From the IMG/VR virus record IMGVR_UViG_3300008117_007749: a DNA stretch of 64,000 bases, one strand, 5' to 3'. Position numbers and translations under genes: made by a program. Source of the stretch: a virus. Of this stretch, positions 1 through 11,686 are shown one piece after another; the stretch's first letter is position 1; each line of letters opens with the position of its first letter. Below the pieces are notes generated by a model. That model was not told the DNA's origin. It made no database searches and saw only the letters and a program-made list of their open reading frames with translations.

Positions 1-1
1 T

Positions 2-319
2 TCATTCAGTGACCTGATTGAAAAATATAATATTAATAAAATTGACTTCTTAAAAACGGACTGCGAAGGTGGTGAATATGACATCTTTAATTCAAAAAAT
101 ATTGAATGGATTAAAAGTAATGTGAGTAAGATTTCTGGAGAATGGCACTTGGGAAATAATTTAAAGGAAAAATTTAGAAAGTTTAGAGATGAAATATTAG
201 TTCAATTTCCAAACTACGAGGTTTATTCTTTAGATGGATACAATGTAAAATGGGACTTATTCAATGATCACTTTTTAGAATACTTTACAGAAGTAATTAT
301 ACACATAAAAAATTATTAA
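2..319 (+). CDS. FkbM-family SAM-dependent methyltransferase, C-terminal part (5' truncated by window)
   Basis: Frame is open from base 2 and reads ...KYNINKIDFLKTDCEGGEYDIF...KISGEWH, the typical FkbM 'IDxLKxDxEGxE' motif; the ORF-track start at 122 is internal. Confidence 0.8.
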   Translation, partial: SFSDLIEKYNINKIDFLKTDCEGGEYDIFNSKNIEWIKSNVSKISGEWHLGNNLKEKFRKFRDEILVQFPNYEVYSLDGYNVKWDLFNDHFLEYFTEVIIHIKNY

Positions 320-324
320 TAAAA

Positions 325-696
325 ATGGAAATAGAAGTTTCAATTGGTGAAATAGTTGATAAACTATCAATATTAGATATAAAAATGAAAAATATCACAA
401 ATAATGAAAAATTGAAAAATATTGAAAAAGAATTTATTTATCTGAATAATATAGTTTTTAATCAATTAAAAATCGAAGAAATTGACTATCAAAAATTAGT
501 TTCTATAAATAAAAAACTTTGGATAATAGAAGATGATATCAGAGATAAGGAAAGAAATAAAGAATTTGACGAAAATTTTATAGAACTCGCAAGATTAGTT
601 TATTTCACAAATGATCAAAGAGCTGAAATTAAAAAAGAAATTAATATAAAATATGGATCTTTATTTGTAGAAGAGAAGTCTTATCAAAAATATTAA
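325..696 (+). CDS. DUF6165-like small protein, often found in glycosyltransferase clusters
   Basis: VSIGEIVDKLSILDIK...LWIIEDDIR...LARLVYFTNDQRAEIKKEIN...EEKSY pattern. Confidence 0.75.
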   Translation: MEIEVSIGEIVDKLSILDIKMKNITNNEKLKNIEKEFIYLNNIVFNQLKIEEIDYQKLVSINKKLWIIEDDIRDKERNKEFDENFIELARLVYFTNDQRAEIKKEINIKYGSLFVEEKSYQKY

Positions 697-1337
697 CGAG
701 GAGGAGCTGGTACAGTAAAGTTACCTGTGGTCAAATTACTTATCTTTATCCACTCACACCTTAACCTATCATTAGAGTTTTCCACACCCCCAGCAGCAAT
801 AATAAAACCACCGTTAAGAGCTATTTGATTATAGTGTGTCCAATCTATAGATCCGAGAGACTCTTGTGTTCCAATAATTTGATACTGATCATCAACAGTA
901 CCTGAAACTCTGTCTCTAAAAAATAAATCAGTACCTCTACTAAAAGTAGAAGAATTAAAAGTATTGTATGGATCAAAAGATCTCGTAGAATTAGTTAAAC
1001 TAACAATTTGAACTCTTCTAAATATATTACTATATGTAAATGAAGCAGGAGCATAATCACCGTCATAAGTAGGATTTAATGTACCATGGCAAATTAAACG
1101 AGCATTTGTTAGTGTAGCTGATGTATTCCAATATAGTTCAGTGAAATATTTACCACTACTACCCTGTTTTGAAAAACATGCTTCTATTTGCACAATATCT
1201 CCTACACCGAAGTTATTTGGTGGAACTTCAATTGACTTTATCAATGCAGGACCAGAAGCTGTTATGCCAGTAACCGCCGCGCAATTGCTAATTACATTCC
1301 AAGCTTTTCCTAAACTATATGTATTCGTTTCCGCCAT
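693..1337 (-). CDS. Virion fibre-associated beta-rich protein, paralog 3 of a tandem triplet
   Basis: Shares NTY, VPP..F..GD, YWN...LT.A.L and IDW motifs with the two upstream ORFs. Confidence 0.55.
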   Translation of the reverse strand: MAETNTYSLGKAWNVISNCAAVTGITASGPALIKSIEVPPNNFGVGDIVQIEACFSKQGSSGKYFTELYWNTSATLTNARLICHGTLNPTYDGDYAPASFTYSNIFRRVQIVSLTNSTRSFDPYNTFNSSTFSRGTDLFFRDRVSGTVDDQYQIIGTQESLGSIDWTHYNQIALNGGFIIAAGGVENSNDRLRCEWIKISNLTTGNFTVPAPPR

Positions 1338-1344
1338 AATTTTA

Positions 1345-1851
1345 TTATTTTATTATTCCAAAATATCTTTTTGTCATTGTATCCACTCTATCAGTCGCTA
1401 GTATTAAATAACCATCTGTGTTCCAATTTATAGTTGTTATTGTAGTCATATCAATGTTGGTCTCTTCACCACCAGTATCACCCAAATCAGTTGCAGTTGT
1501 TTGACTAGTACTCCAAACTAAAGTTGTGGTGGAATCCACTATTGCCATTGTTCTATATATCGGACAATAGTCATCATTCACACTATTTGTAAGAGATCGA
1601 GCCAATAAAATAGGAGTTGTTAAATCATTAGTTTCATTCCAATATACATAACAAGAATACTGAGAATCACTTGTTGATGCCCTCTGAACCACTCCTTGTA
1701 TATTAATAACATCATTTGATTTCAAAGTACCAGCTGGTATAAAAAATGACTCTATAAGAGCTATTTGTCCATCAGTTGTTGAATCAGTTACAGTAACACC
1801 ATCAACAAATCCAACAGCACCAGCTACCTCAAAAGTATTAATTTTACCCAT
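1345..1851 (-). CDS. Virion fibre-associated beta-rich protein, paralog 2
   Basis: NTF, IPAGT..NDVI, YWN...LT.P.LL, INW..DGYLIL, RYF.I motifs. Confidence 0.55.
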   Translation of the reverse strand: MGKINTFEVAGAVGFVDGVTVTDSTTDGQIALIESFFIPAGTLKSNDVINIQGVVQRASTSDSQYSCYVYWNETNDLTTPILLARSLTNSVNDDYCPIYRTMAIVDSTTTLVWSTSQTTATDLGDTGGEETNIDMTTITTINWNTDGYLILATDRVDTMTKRYFGIIK

Positions 1852-1852
1852 T

Positions 1853-2419
1853 TTAATTATTTATTTTAAAATATCTAACCTGTAAAACATCAGAAGCATT
1901 ATCAACATCTCCACTTACAAGAATCCAAACATCATTTTGCCAATTAACAGATACCAAATCAATACCACCTGGTGATTCACCATTCCTACCATTTAATTCA
2001 CTGCCTCCAAAAGCTAAATCAGTTGTTGCACTTCTAGTGGTATCAAAAGCTATTGTACTGTTAGTTGCTGATCTTATACCCAATCTTCTATGAAGAGGAA
2101 GAGACCGAGAAGTTGAAGTATATAAACACTGAGCTAACTGAGTCGCTCCTGATAAAGAAGCAGTGGTACCATACCAAAATCTAAGAGTGCAAGTATTATT
2201 AGTAGCGGATTTTGTACCTAAAGTTCTAATATCCAATACCTCATTTGCTATATAAGTTCCTGCCGGAACAAGAGTACTATAAAGTAAAACATCAGTCAAT
2301 GAGCTTGTTGTTATTCCAGTAACTGTGCTACTTATAACTTTTCTAACATCTGGATCACCAGCATCAGCCGTAATATCAACTGGGCCTAATGGAAGTGTAT
2401 ATGTATTGTATCTACTCAT
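1853..2419 (-). CDS. Virion fibre-associated beta-rich protein, paralog 1
   Basis: NTY, VPAGT..NEVL, VNW..DVWIL, RYFKI motifs; TATATATA-N4-ATG upstream. Confidence 0.55.
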   Translation of the reverse strand: MSRYNTYTLPLGPVDITADAGDPDVRKVISSTVTGITTSSLTDVLLYSTLVPAGTYIANEVLDIRTLGTKSATNNTCTLRFWYGTTASLSGATQLAQCLYTSTSRSLPLHRRLGIRSATNSTIAFDTTRSATTDLAFGGSELNGRNGESPGGIDLVSVNWQNDVWILVSGDVDNASDVLQVRYFKINN

Positions 2420-2437
2420 ACTCTATATATAAATAAT

Positions 2438-5400
2438 TTATATTTCTATCCAAGTATTATCAGGACAGAAAAATATTACAGTTCTACTAATAGCAAATCC
2501 AACAATTCTAATTACATCATTTGCAGCAGTCGGAGCTGTGTTTGAAAGAGCTCCAGCCGTAGAATTTAGATAGACAGCAGAAGCCGTAGCAAAGGTCCAA
2601 GAGTCGTTTCTAACATATCCTCTTAGTAACATACCAGACGCTACCGTATTACCCAAAGCTATAGCTAACATACCAGTCGAAGTTGCAACTCCGTTAGAAT
2701 CACTTAGAGACCAAGCACTACCAGAAGTAAAATAATAACAACTAAATGTAACACCACCTCCTGAACCAAACGTGACCACGTCTCCGTAACCACCTGAAGT
2801 AGATAATTCAGTAGTTGGATTATGTGTAAAGTCATAAGAACCGATAACATTCAAGTCTCCACTAACATTTAGCAAAGAACCATCAAAAGTTAAATTAGAT
2901 TCAACAGTAGCATTCGATCCACTTCCATCATAAGTTATGACACCATTCGTGGTGGCTCCTGTGAGACTTAAGGTTCCATTTGCCCCAGAAGAACCGGATG
3001 TACCAGATGTTCCTCTGGTCCCAGAAGAACCGGATGTACCAGATGTTCCGTTAGCACCATTTGCACCAGAAGAGCCGGATGTACCAGATGTTCCGTTAGC
3101 ACCATTTGCACCAGAAGAGCCGGATGTACCAGATGTTCCGTTAGCACCATTTGCACCAGAAGATCCGGATGTACCAGATGTTCCGTTAGCACCATTTGCA
3201 CCAGAAGATCCGGATGTACCAGATGTTCCGTTAGCACCATTTGCACCAGAAGAGCCGGATGTACCAGATGTTCCGTTAGCACCGGAAGTTCCACTAGTTC
3301 CTCTTGTACCGGATGTACCACTTGTTCCTGTAGTTCCGCTTGTTCCAGATGTTCCATTAGCACCGGAAGTTCCACTAGTTCCTCTTGTACCGGATGTACC
3401 ACTTGTTCCTGTAGTTCCGCTTGTTCCAGATGTTCCATCACCTTTATCACCAGTTCTATAGAAAGTTATAGAACATTGTTCAGTGTCAGTAGGAGTACTT
3501 CCGGATAAGTAAGTAACTGATAGAATATTCCAACCTAAATTATCAGTAAGAGCAGTAAGTTGGAAATTACAAATAGTGGTATCTGAATTGGAGTTTGATT
3601 TTATTTCAATTACTCCCTTCACATTACTAGTGCTATTATCCCATGAAGTTATATAACTTGCAAAACTTACCGAATTAACATCCAAATCGTCAATGTAAAT
3701 CTCAGTAGTACCACTAGCAGCGGCATTATTAAATTTAAACAAACCTGTTCCTGGATCAGAAGAAGCTGTGCTAATAGCATCAAAGTTATATCTTATACCA
3801 GCTGACTCACCTTGTTGTCCTGATGTACCTGATGTACCTGATGTACCACGAGTTCCTGATGTACCACTTGTTCCAGAAGTCGCGGATGTACCACTTGTTC
3901 CAGAAGTCGCGGATGTACCAGATGTACCGGACGTACCATTAGCCCCGGATGTACCAGAAGTAGCAGACGTACCAGACGTTCCTGATGTGCCGTTTTGACC
4001 AGATGATCCTGATGTTCCAGAAGTAGCGGATGTACCACTTGTTCCAGATGTACCATTGACTCCGGATGTACCAGAAGTAGCAGACGTACCAGATGTACCG
4101 GAAGTACCATTAACTCCGGACGTACCAGAAGTAGCAGAAGTACCGGATGTACCAGATGTACCGTTTTGACCAGACGAACCACTTGTTCCAGATGTCGCGG
4201 ATGTACCACTTGTTCCAGATGTCGCGGATGTACCACTTGTTCCGGAAGTCGCGGATGTACCACTTGTTCCAGATGTCGCGGATGTACCACTTGTTCCAGA
4301 TGTACCCGCTACACTAACAGAAGAAGTCCAGGATGCTAATCCATTAGCATCGGAAACTAAAAGGTAACCGGATGCGGCTCCGTTTGAAATTTGAATCTGA
4401 GAAGTTGTAAGTCCAGAAAGTCTTAGATTAGAATAATTTACTATACCTATATTACCAATAACCGTATGATCATCATTTGTTCCTATTAAAGCAAAGGTAT
4501 CATCTGACTCATCCCAGATAAATGCCTGTGTTAGACCAGTACCTCTAACAAACATAATACCTTCGTCTAAAACCGGTGATCCAGATTGACTATGACCTAA
4601 AGCAATTATTGTATCAGATACCACTAATGAACTAGTGTTTATTGAAGAAAATGAACCAGAAACAGAAAATGTTCCATTTACAAATAGGTTTCCTTGTATA
4701 TTTAATGTAGAACCGTCAAATGTTAAATTTGTTTCAGCTACTGCAGAATTTGAAGAACCATCCGAAGTAAGTATTCTATTATTTGACGGGTTACTAATTG
4801 TAGTAAATCCTGCACCACTTGTTCCTGAAGTACCTGAGGACCCATTCAATCCGGATGTTCCAGATGTAGCAGACGAACCAGATGTACCGGATGTTGCGGA
4901 TGTACCAGATGTACCGGATGTACCACTAGTCCCCGAAACCCCAGTACCACCAGATGTACCACTTGAACCATTATTACCAGAAGTTCCAGAAGTTCCAGAT
5001 GTACCATTCAATCCAGATGTACCACTCGTAGCGGATGTTCCAGAAGTACCACTACTACCAGTATTACCAGAGGTACCACTTGTAGCAGAAGTTCCGGATG
5101 TTCCGGATGTTCCTGATGACCCGTTATTTCCAGATGAACCGGATGTACCAGATGTACCAGATGTACCACTAGATCCATTTTGACCTGATGTACCAGATGT
5201 TGCGGATGTGCCACTAGTTCCAGAAGTAGCAGATGTACCGGAGGTAGCAGATGTACCGGAAGTACCGGATGTACCACTTGTACCAGTATCACCAGATGTT
5301 CCCGAAGTAGCAGATGTTCCAGACGTACCGGAAGTACCGGAAGTACCGGATGTGCCAGTACTTCCAGAAGTACCTGCAGTACCAGAAGTTCCAGCAGTTA

Positions 5401-5722
5401 TAGTATCAACAGAAATTAACCAATTGGAACCATTACTTTGAACAGTGATTGATTGATTCTGTGTTAAATTTTTTGTAGAACTACCATCTATGGTCTGAGA
5501 GGAAGTTGTATCAACAGTTATTGTACCAGAACCACTGTTTTTAACAACATATATTTTTCCGGCCACACCAACAGCTGTTGGTAAAGTAACATTAAAGGTT
5601 CCTGAACAATCTACAAAGTAATCACTATCTAAGATAGTATAAGTTGTATTGTTAGAAACATATGGGAAAGTTACACCTCCCAGTGATATTATTCCTCTAC
5701 GGGTTATAAATTCATTAGCCAT
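2438..5722 (-). CDS. Long tail fibre/virion fibre protein with three Gly-Thr-Ser triplet tracts
   Basis: 1094 aa; N-terminal '[14 protein letters not shown]' fibre module, G-X-X tracts, AETNLTFDG modules, C-terminal cement/decoration-like domain ([15 protein letters not shown]...RIVGFA). Confidence 0.8.
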   Translation of the reverse strand: MANEFITRRGIISLGGVTFPYVSNNTTYTILDSDYFVDCSGTFNVTLPTAVGVAGKIYVVKNSGSGTITVDTTSSQTIDGSSTKNLTQNQSITVQSNGSNWLISVDTITAGTSGTAGTSGSTGTSGTSGTSGTSGTSATSGTSGDTGTSGTSGTSGTSATSGTSATSGTSGTSATSGTSGQNGSSGTSGTSGTSGSSGNNGSSGTSGTSGTSATSGTSGNTGSSGTSGTSATSGTSGLNGTSGTSGTSGNNGSSGTSGGTGVSGTSGTSGTSGTSATSGTSGSSATSGTSGLNGSSGTSGTSGAGFTTISNPSNNRILTSDGSSNSAVAETNLTFDGSTLNIQGNLFVNGTFSVSGSFSSINTSSLVVSDTIIALGHSQSGSPVLDEGIMFVRGTGLTQAFIWDESDDTFALIGTNDDHTVIGNIGIVNYSNLRLSGLTTSQIQISNGAASGYLLVSDANGLASWTSSVSVAGTSGTSGTSATSGTSGTSATSGTSGTSATSGTSGTSATSGTSGSSGQNGTSGTSGTSATSGTSGVNGTSGTSGTSATSGTSGVNGTSGTSGTSATSGTSGSSGQNGTSGTSGTSATSGTSGANGTSGTSGTSATSGTSGTSATSGTSGTSGTRGTSGTSGTSGQQGESAGIRYNFDAISTASSDPGTGLFKFNNAAASGTTEIYIDDLDVNSVSFASYITSWDNSTSNVKGVIEIKSNSNSDTTICNFQLTALTDNLGWNILSVTYLSGSTPTDTEQCSITFYRTGDKGDGTSGTSGTTGTSGTSGTRGTSGTSGANGTSGTSGTTGTSGTSGTRGTSGTSGANGTSGTSGSSGANGANGTSGTSGSSGANGANGTSGTSGSSGANGANGTSGTSGSSGANGANGTSGTSGSSGANGANGTSGTSGSSGTRGTSGTSGSSGANGTLSLTGATTNGVITYDGSGSNATVESNLTFDGSLLNVSGDLNVIGSYDFTHNPTTELSTSGGYGDVVTFGSGGGVTFSCYYFTSGSAWSLSDSNGVATSTGMLAIALGNTVASGMLLRGYVRNDSWTFATASAVYLNSTAGALSNTAPTAANDVIRIVGFAISRTVIFFCPDNTWIEI
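2975..3440 (-). repeat. GTS/GAN coding repeat tract: about 5 near-exact 45-nt units ([15 protein letters not shown]) plus an 81-nt duplication
   Basis: ccggatgtaccagatgttccgttagcaccatttgcaccagaaga recurs every 45 nt over ~3030-3280; the block at 3281 recurs at 3362. Confidence 0.9.
3815..4307 (-). repeat. GTS/ATS coding repeat tract
   Basis: (GTSGTSATS)n in translation; 27-nt periodicity. Confidence 0.9.
4815..5395 (-). repeat. GTS/ATS coding repeat tract
   Basis: (GTS)n in translation with degenerate codons. Confidence 0.9.
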
Positions 5723-5801
5723 TTAAATAGTTCTTTTTTCACTTTCCAAAAGAAGTCAAAGTATATATTAAAAACTTTAACTCAAAAATTAAAAAATAAA
5801 T

Positions 5802-6613
5802 TTAAATAGCTCTAATTAATGTTTTAACTCCCCAAGTTGATGTTGAAGATAAAGCTTGCAGAACAGCATAAGTACCAGATATAACAAAAGAAAAAGTAAA
5901 TCCAGTCGTTGTTCCTAAATCCACTGTTGAAACATCAGTGTAAGTTATAGAGTTACCTTGCCAAACAGCCGTCAAACTACCAGCTCTTAAATTTGATCCA
6001 CTACTAACATTATAGTCAATATGTGCACTTGTATAAGAAGCTGTCGCAAACGAATATATCGAAACAGTATTTGAGACAGTAGCTGTTGTAAGTTTAGATG
6101 TATATAAAGCCTGTACTCCTGATTCACCAATTAAAGCTGAATTATTAATTGAAAGTGATAAACCATCAAATGTCATATTTGACTCAACAATAGCATTCGG
6201 AACCGAACCATTAAGTGTAATGATACCATTATTGGTTGTTCCTGTAAGCGAAAGAAGACCAGATGTCCCACTAGTTCCAGAAGTACCGGACGTGCCATCA
6301 GTTCCAGAAGTACCGGACGTGCCATCAGTTCCAGAGGTCCCGGACGTGCCATCAGTTCCAGAGGTTCCGGACGTGCCATCAGTTCCGGAAGTACCAGATG
6401 TGCCGTCAGTTCCAGAAGTACCGGACGTACCATCAGTTCCAGAGGTTCCGGACGTACCATCAGTTCCAGAAGTACCGGACGTGCCATCAGTTCCAGAAGT
6501 ACCGGATGTTCCCGATACCCCATCAAGACCATTTAATAAAATCCAATCATTAAGTGAAGATGGAACATTATTATTATTATTTGCAGTGGATTGATAAGAA
6601 AACAAACCATCAA
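5802..6613 (-). CDS. C-terminal part of a second GTS-repeat fibre protein, out of frame with 6533..9292
   Basis: No convincing start codon or promoter; reads [19 protein letters not shown] then (GTSGTSGTD)n, ESNMTFDG module and a beta-rich C-terminal domain. Confidence 0.6.
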
Positions 6614-6800
6614 TACAGTTCCAGAAGTACCAGAAGTACCGGACGTACCATCAGTTCCAGAAGTACCGGACGTGCCATCAGTTCCAGAAGTACCAGAAGT
6701 ACCGGACGTGCCATCAGTTCCAGAAGTACCAGAAGTACCAGATGTGCCGTCAGTTCCGGAAGTACCAGATGTACCGTCAGTTCCATTATTTCCTGTCGAT
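6255..6800 (-). repeat. (GTSGTSGTD)n coding repeats on both sides of the frameshift
   Basis: 27-nt unit ccatcagttccagaagtaccggacgtg repeated. Confidence 0.9.
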
Positions 6801-9292
6801 CCAGTAGGACCAACAAGAGAACTAACTTCCCATCTACTATTTAAATCATTCCATGCTAAAACTTGACCATTCGAAGGAGTTCCGGATATATAAACATCAT
6901 GTATTTCATTCAATTCATAACCATTTTGAGGTTTTACAAATAATTCTCCGTTTCCATTATTTGCTCTCAAAACAACACCAACAAATACCAAGTGTTGAGG
7001 AGCCTGAGCTTTATATGTTGTGAAAGTTCCTGCAGTTGCGCCCAACCAAACAACATCACCAGTGGAATAAGAACCTAAATTCAAATTAGTTAAAACTCCT
7101 TGTGTAATACAATATCCAATTTGACTTGACAAAATATTCTCAGCCACAATACCTAACGTCTTAGCTGATGTAGCATCACTTAGATTGAAAGCTCTTTTGA
7201 CTTTTATTTTATCACCTTGCGCCCCCGAAATATAAACAACTTCACCTTTTACCAAAGTGTCTACTTCACCGTTAAAAACTTGAGCATATTGAGCTTGACC
7301 AACAGGAACATTTACATTACCTCCTGTAAGACCTACATTAAGAGTTCCATAGTCACTATTCCAACTTATTCTACCCGGTAGTTGCACTACAGCATCTTGT
7401 CTAAAATCAATATAATCAACATATCCACCTGAAAAAGTAGCAAATGTTAGATTAGCGTATGTAAAATTTCCCTGCGATGCAGTAATTCTATTTAATCTTA
7501 AATCAGAATATCCTGATATGTTAACATTACCAGTAACAGTTGAAGGATCATTAGTAGATATAAGAGCAAATTCGTCACTAGACTCATCCCAAATAAAAGA
7601 CTGTGTTTGACTTGAACCTCTGTTTATAAATAAACCAGAATCCAAAGTAGGTGTTCCTGTTTGTGTTCCAGCTAAAAGTATAATAGGGTCCTGAACAAAT
7701 AAGTTTTGAGTATTTATAACAGATGACGTTCCTGATACAGTAAAACTTCCAGTAACAACTAAGTCACCATATACAGATAAAGTATCACCATCAAATGTTA
7801 AATTAGATTCAACAGTCGCATTTGGAGCAGAACCATTTAAAGTAATAACACCATTATCTGTAGAACCAGTCAAAGAAAGTAATCCGGATGTTCCGGAAGT
7901 ACCAGAGGTTCCATCAGTACCGGAAGTACCAGAGGTTCCATCAGTACCGGAAGTACCAGAGGTTCCATCAGTACCGGAAGTACCAGAGGTTCCATCAGTA
8001 CCGGAAGTACCAGAGGTTCCAGTACCGGAAGTACCAGAGGTTCCATCAGTACCAGAGGTTCCAGAAGTACCTGAAACACCACTACCAGATGCGCTAATTA
8101 AAACGTCAATTCTTGAATTTAAACTAGAATCAGTTACCGTTACAGTTGATCCACTTCCTGATATAAAATTTATTACGCTTCTACTACCAACTAAAACACC
8201 ATTTGATTGAACAGAAATACTCGTATTAGCAACCGGAGTACCAATACCACCAACCAAATACACTTCGTCCAACAATGCTTCAACATAGTTAGCTGAAGGA
8301 TTTCCTGAAAATCCTATCAATATATTATTGACATTATTTGAACCACCATTTGACGTTAAAGCATTTACCGCGGAACCAAAATAACTTAAAGGCAAAACAC
8401 ATAGTTGCCAAGTTCCTGTAGTTGTTCTAGAAACACCACCATTAGTGAACGGATAAGCATAGGATCCAACATTTGTATTTCCATTTCTCCATATCACTCT
8501 CATAGTCTTTGTATTAAGAACCGCGGAAGGAAAATAAACTCTAAAGACTAAATAGGAATAATCTTTTAATAAAATAGATGAGTTGTTGGTCCACTTAACA
8601 GATGTTGTTTTATTCAATATCACTCTTGTTGAATAGGTACCTTGAAAAGGTACAATTCCCGTATATTGAAAATCGACAGAACTTGTACCTAAAGAAGTAC
8701 TGAATGTTCCACCAGTCCAATAATCATCGTCTTGATAAATATACTCTGAAGATGTAACACCAGAAACAGGAACTGTTGAATTTTCAGAGATACTAACATA
8801 TTGTACTAATAGTTGTTCATCAGGTATTGAAGGAGTAACTGGATCAGGCGTAGCATCTCCTTGTAAAACACTAATCAATCCTTCCTCATCAACAACAATC
8901 GCGTCAAATCTTGAATAAGTCGGGTCTCCGTCACTAAGAGACACTGAAGTAGGACCAGCTGTTAAAATTGGCCCTGTAAAAGTATACTGTAAAGTACTAA
9001 CTGAAAAAGTTAAACCAACTCCACTCCATATCGCACCTCCTGATAATAACTGTTTCGTAAAGGGAATTTGAGTTTGTTGCCAAGTTGCATTTCCAAAAGA
9101 ATCTGATGTTAAAACATAACCAGGTAATTGATTACCGTCAATAAATTGAAGAGAACCATCTACTATTAGTTTATTAGAACTATGTTCCCAACGTAAATTG
9201 TCAAAGTTTTCACTAACAACACTGTTAGTGCCCAGAAAAAGTATAGAACCTTGAGAAGCTCCTCTTATTTGTTTAGTTTTTATTTGAGCCAT
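6533..9292 (-). CDS. GTS-repeat tail fibre protein, N-terminal part; coherent reading stops at ~6615
   Basis: 919 aa; galactose-binding-like beta-sandwich region, (GTSGTSGTD)n tracts, ESNLTFDG module, cement-like domain; last ~27 aa look like out-of-frame read-through. Confidence 0.75.
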   Translation of the reverse strand: MAQIKTKQIRGASQGSILFLGTNSVVSENFDNLRWEHSSNKLIVDGSLQFIDGNQLPGYVLTSDSFGNATWQQTQIPFTKQLLSGGAIWSGVGLTFSVSTLQYTFTGPILTAGPTSVSLSDGDPTYSRFDAIVVDEEGLISVLQGDATPDPVTPSIPDEQLLVQYVSISENSTVPVSGVTSSEYIYQDDDYWTGGTFSTSLGTSSVDFQYTGIVPFQGTYSTRVILNKTTSVKWTNNSSILLKDYSYLVFRVYFPSAVLNTKTMRVIWRNGNTNVGSYAYPFTNGGVSRTTTGTWQLCVLPLSYFGSAVNALTSNGGSNNVNNILIGFSGNPSANYVEALLDEVYLVGGIGTPVANTSISVQSNGVLVGSRSVINFISGSGSTVTVTDSSLNSRIDVLISASGSGVSGTSGTSGTDGTSGTSGTGTSGTSGTDGTSGTSGTDGTSGTSGTDGTSGTSGTDGTSGTSGTSGLLSLTGSTDNGVITLNGSAPNATVESNLTFDGDTLSVYGDLVVTGSFTVSGTSSVINTQNLFVQDPIILLAGTQTGTPTLDSGLFINRGSSQTQSFIWDESSDEFALISTNDPSTVTGNVNISGYSDLRLNRITASQGNFTYANLTFATFSGGYVDYIDFRQDAVVQLPGRISWNSDYGTLNVGLTGGNVNVPVGQAQYAQVFNGEVDTLVKGEVVYISGAQGDKIKVKRAFNLSDATSAKTLGIVAENILSSQIGYCITQGVLTNLNLGSYSTGDVVWLGATAGTFTTYKAQAPQHLVFVGVVLRANNGNGELFVKPQNGYELNEIHDVYISGTPSNGQVLAWNDLNSRWEVSSLVGPTGSTGNNGTDGTSGTSGTDGTSGTSGTSGTDGTSGTSGTSGTDGTSGTSGTDGTSGTSGTSGTVLMVCFLINPLQIIIIMFHLHLMIGFY
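7885..8075 (-). repeat. (GTSGTSGTD)n coding repeat with identical 27-nt units
   Basis: ccatcagtaccggaagtaccagaggtt tandem copies. Confidence 0.9.
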
Positions 9293-9368
9293 TAATGACT
9301 AAATTTTTTTTATCTTTCTTATATATTAAATTGAAATTGCCTATTTTGAAAAACCGACTTAAACCAAA

Positions 9369-9401
9369 CAAAAAAAGACCTTAAAGTAAGGTCTTTTTTT
9401 T
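9369..9401. terminator. Intrinsic terminator, symmetric
   Basis: aaaaaagaccttaaagtaaggtctttttt hairpin flanked by A and T runs. Confidence 0.8.
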
Positions 9402-9416
9402 GTTTGAATTTTATAA

Positions 9417-11642
9417 TTAAACCTCATAAACTATTTCAATAATATCGGTGGATGATAAATCAAATCCAGCCACTGTTCCATTCCAATAAAGTTGATCTCC
9501 AGATATCAAATTATTAAGAGCAATCGGTGTTGATGGAGCAGTTCCAAAATAACAGTCTTTTGTTGCAACATTATCTCCTAATCTTTGTTTCTGACCATTA
9601 ACATAGACTTCAATTCTAGAATAATCATTTGGTGTTGAACTTAAAGTAACTCCTGTTACAATTGCATCATCACCAGTAGTTAATACAGCAACAAACTCGT
9701 TATATACAGGCTGTGATGAACCAGAGACTACCGACAATACTCCAGCAGAGAAAGTCAGACCCGTACCAGCAATTGTTGGAGAAACATCTAAAGTAATAAA
9801 TCCTGAGGTACCTCCTCCTGATAATCCATTACCTGCAGTCACACCAGTGATAAAATCAGCGTTTATCACAGCAACCGCATCATCTACATACTTTTTTGTA
9901 ATTAAAGAGTTATTTACAAATGTAGATGAGTAATCAGATGTATAAACCAAACCTTGAAGACTTGATGTTGTAATAGAACCGGTTGCAGTAGATACTGTAA
10001 ATTCATTCGTTGAAATGATATCCACACTTCCGGTAGCAAATAATGTCACATCACCACCATAAAGATCAATAGTTCCTCCGTTACCAGCATCTACTAAGAA
10101 TAATCCATTATCCAATTGAATATCAATAACCGAACCAGTAAGAGTTAATATGTCAAAGTCTTGAATAGTTAAATCATAATTAGATCCACTAATTGTAGTG
10201 TTTTGTGAAAAAGTTCCACCCAATCCAATTACACCTGGACTTAATTCTTGTATTCCGTTATCCGTGCCAACATTGGATGTCACACTATCAACATATTGTT
10301 TTGTAACAAGTGAATTATCCGTAAAACTACCAGTATAATCACCTGCATAAACCGCTCCTTTTCCTAGTGTGTCTGTAATTACTATTCTATTATCGGTAGA
10401 TCCGTCACTAACACTAATAGTTGATGTATTTATTTCAATCTGAAACTGAGAACCAACATTTGGATCAGTAGAAAGAAGTTTAATTTGTCCTTGATTCACA
10501 GCAACGAATGAATACGTACCACCAGCATACGTAGATGATAATTCAACACCGTAACCTGATTGTGCATTAAGATCTAAAGTTGTGGTGTAATCTCCATTAA
10601 AATTATCTAAATGTAAAGTACCAACTCCAGTAACTCCTAAGTTAATATTATTTGCATCTGATAAACTAAAATCATTTCCATTTGCTTCTATTGTAGTATT
10701 CTGTGAGAGTGTTCCTCCCAATTGAACTGTGTCAGAAATAATTTCTAATCCATTACCAATATTAACAGAAAGCGTTCCACCATTTTCTGATAAACCATCA
10801 CCAGCTAGTGATGTTGCAAATCCAGTATCAATACTTATCTGTGTTCCATTTTGTGTAAGTCCTGTTCCTGTAATTGTAACATAATCTAAAGAAACCGTTG
10901 CGCCGTCTTTAACAAGTCCTGTTCCTGTATTCAACAGAATTGACACCTCAGAACCAGAAATACCAGCTGACCACAAATCGGTCGATTCGTTCCAGATTAA
11001 AGAAGCAGATGGCTCACTTCCTCTTATAACATCAATACCAGAATTTAGTATCGGAGAACCGGACCAAGTTGCGTTTAGTGTAATAATATTATCTTCAACT
11101 AGTACAGTTTGAGTTTGTATATATGATACTGTTCCATTTACATAAAAGTCACCATTTACAGTAACTGTATCTTGGAAAGTTCTGTTACCCACAATCGTAT
11201 CTTTTAATCTCAGAACATCACCTACTATCTCTAAAGAGTCAGCATTCACATTCACATCCAAAGTTGAACCATTAGCAGTAAGTCCATTTCCAGCTATAGA
11301 AGAATCTAAAATAATATCATCTCCTGAAAAAGTTAATCCACTATTAACACCTAAATTAACATCTAAAGTGATGTAAGCAGAAGTTCCACCTCCCGATAGA
11401 CCATTTCCAGCGGTAACTCCAGCTATCGAACCGGAACCTAATAATGAAACAGCATCATCTACATATTTTTTATTAGCAACATCCTCATCCGTGTTGATAT
11501 TTACAGATGCTTGAGTGATCGACGATCCAGTTGCAAAACTCATAGTCGCGGAAGCTGTAAATGTCACTAAACCACTATATCCCTTAAGCTTATCTAATGA
11601 GACTGATTGAATTTTTAATTGTTTTCCATCTAATTGAGCCAT
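9417..11642 (-). CDS. Tail fibre/virion structural protein
   Basis: AGNGLSGGG shaft repeats, ANKKYVD/VTKQYVD motifs, EDNIITLN module; C-terminal domain shared with next gene. Confidence 0.75.
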   Translation of the reverse strand: MAQLDGKQLKIQSVSLDKLKGYSGLVTFTASATMSFATGSSITQASVNINTDEDVANKKYVDDAVSLLGSGSIAGVTAGNGLSGGGTSAYITLDVNLGVNSGLTFSGDDIILDSSIAGNGLTANGSTLDVNVNADSLEIVGDVLRLKDTIVGNRTFQDTVTVNGDFYVNGTVSYIQTQTVLVEDNIITLNATWSGSPILNSGIDVIRGSEPSASLIWNESTDLWSAGISGSEVSILLNTGTGLVKDGATVSLDYVTITGTGLTQNGTQISIDTGFATSLAGDGLSENGGTLSVNIGNGLEIISDTVQLGGTLSQNTTIEANGNDFSLSDANNINLGVTGVGTLHLDNFNGDYTTTLDLNAQSGYGVELSSTYAGGTYSFVAVNQGQIKLLSTDPNVGSQFQIEINTSTISVSDGSTDNRIVITDTLGKGAVYAGDYTGSFTDNSLVTKQYVDSVTSNVGTDNGIQELSPGVIGLGGTFSQNTTISGSNYDLTIQDFDILTLTGSVIDIQLDNGLFLVDAGNGGTIDLYGGDVTLFATGSVDIISTNEFTVSTATGSITTSSLQGLVYTSDYSSTFVNNSLITKKYVDDAVAVINADFITGVTAGNGLSGGGTSGFITLDVSPTIAGTGLTFSAGVLSVVSGSSQPVYNEFVAVLTTGDDAIVTGVTLSSTPNDYSRIEVYVNGQKQRLGDNVATKDCYFGTAPSTPIALNNLISGDQLYWNGTVAGFDLSSTDIIEIVYEV

Positions 11643-11686
11643 ATTTTAGTTTCTTTTTTTTATTTTATTATATATTAATTTTAAAT

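Noticed and set aside
2975-8075. 27/45-nt tandem repeats as a possible CRISPR array or DGR template
   Set aside because: No unique spacers; unit lengths are multiples of 3 and lie in-frame within coding sequence; no cas or reverse transcriptase gene in the window
2937-8097. Many ORFs overlapping the fibre genes (VPEVPDVP..., LVHPVLLEL..., KYQRFHQYR...)
   Set aside because: Antisense or alternate-frame shadows of the stop-free GTS repeats; no promoters or independent signal
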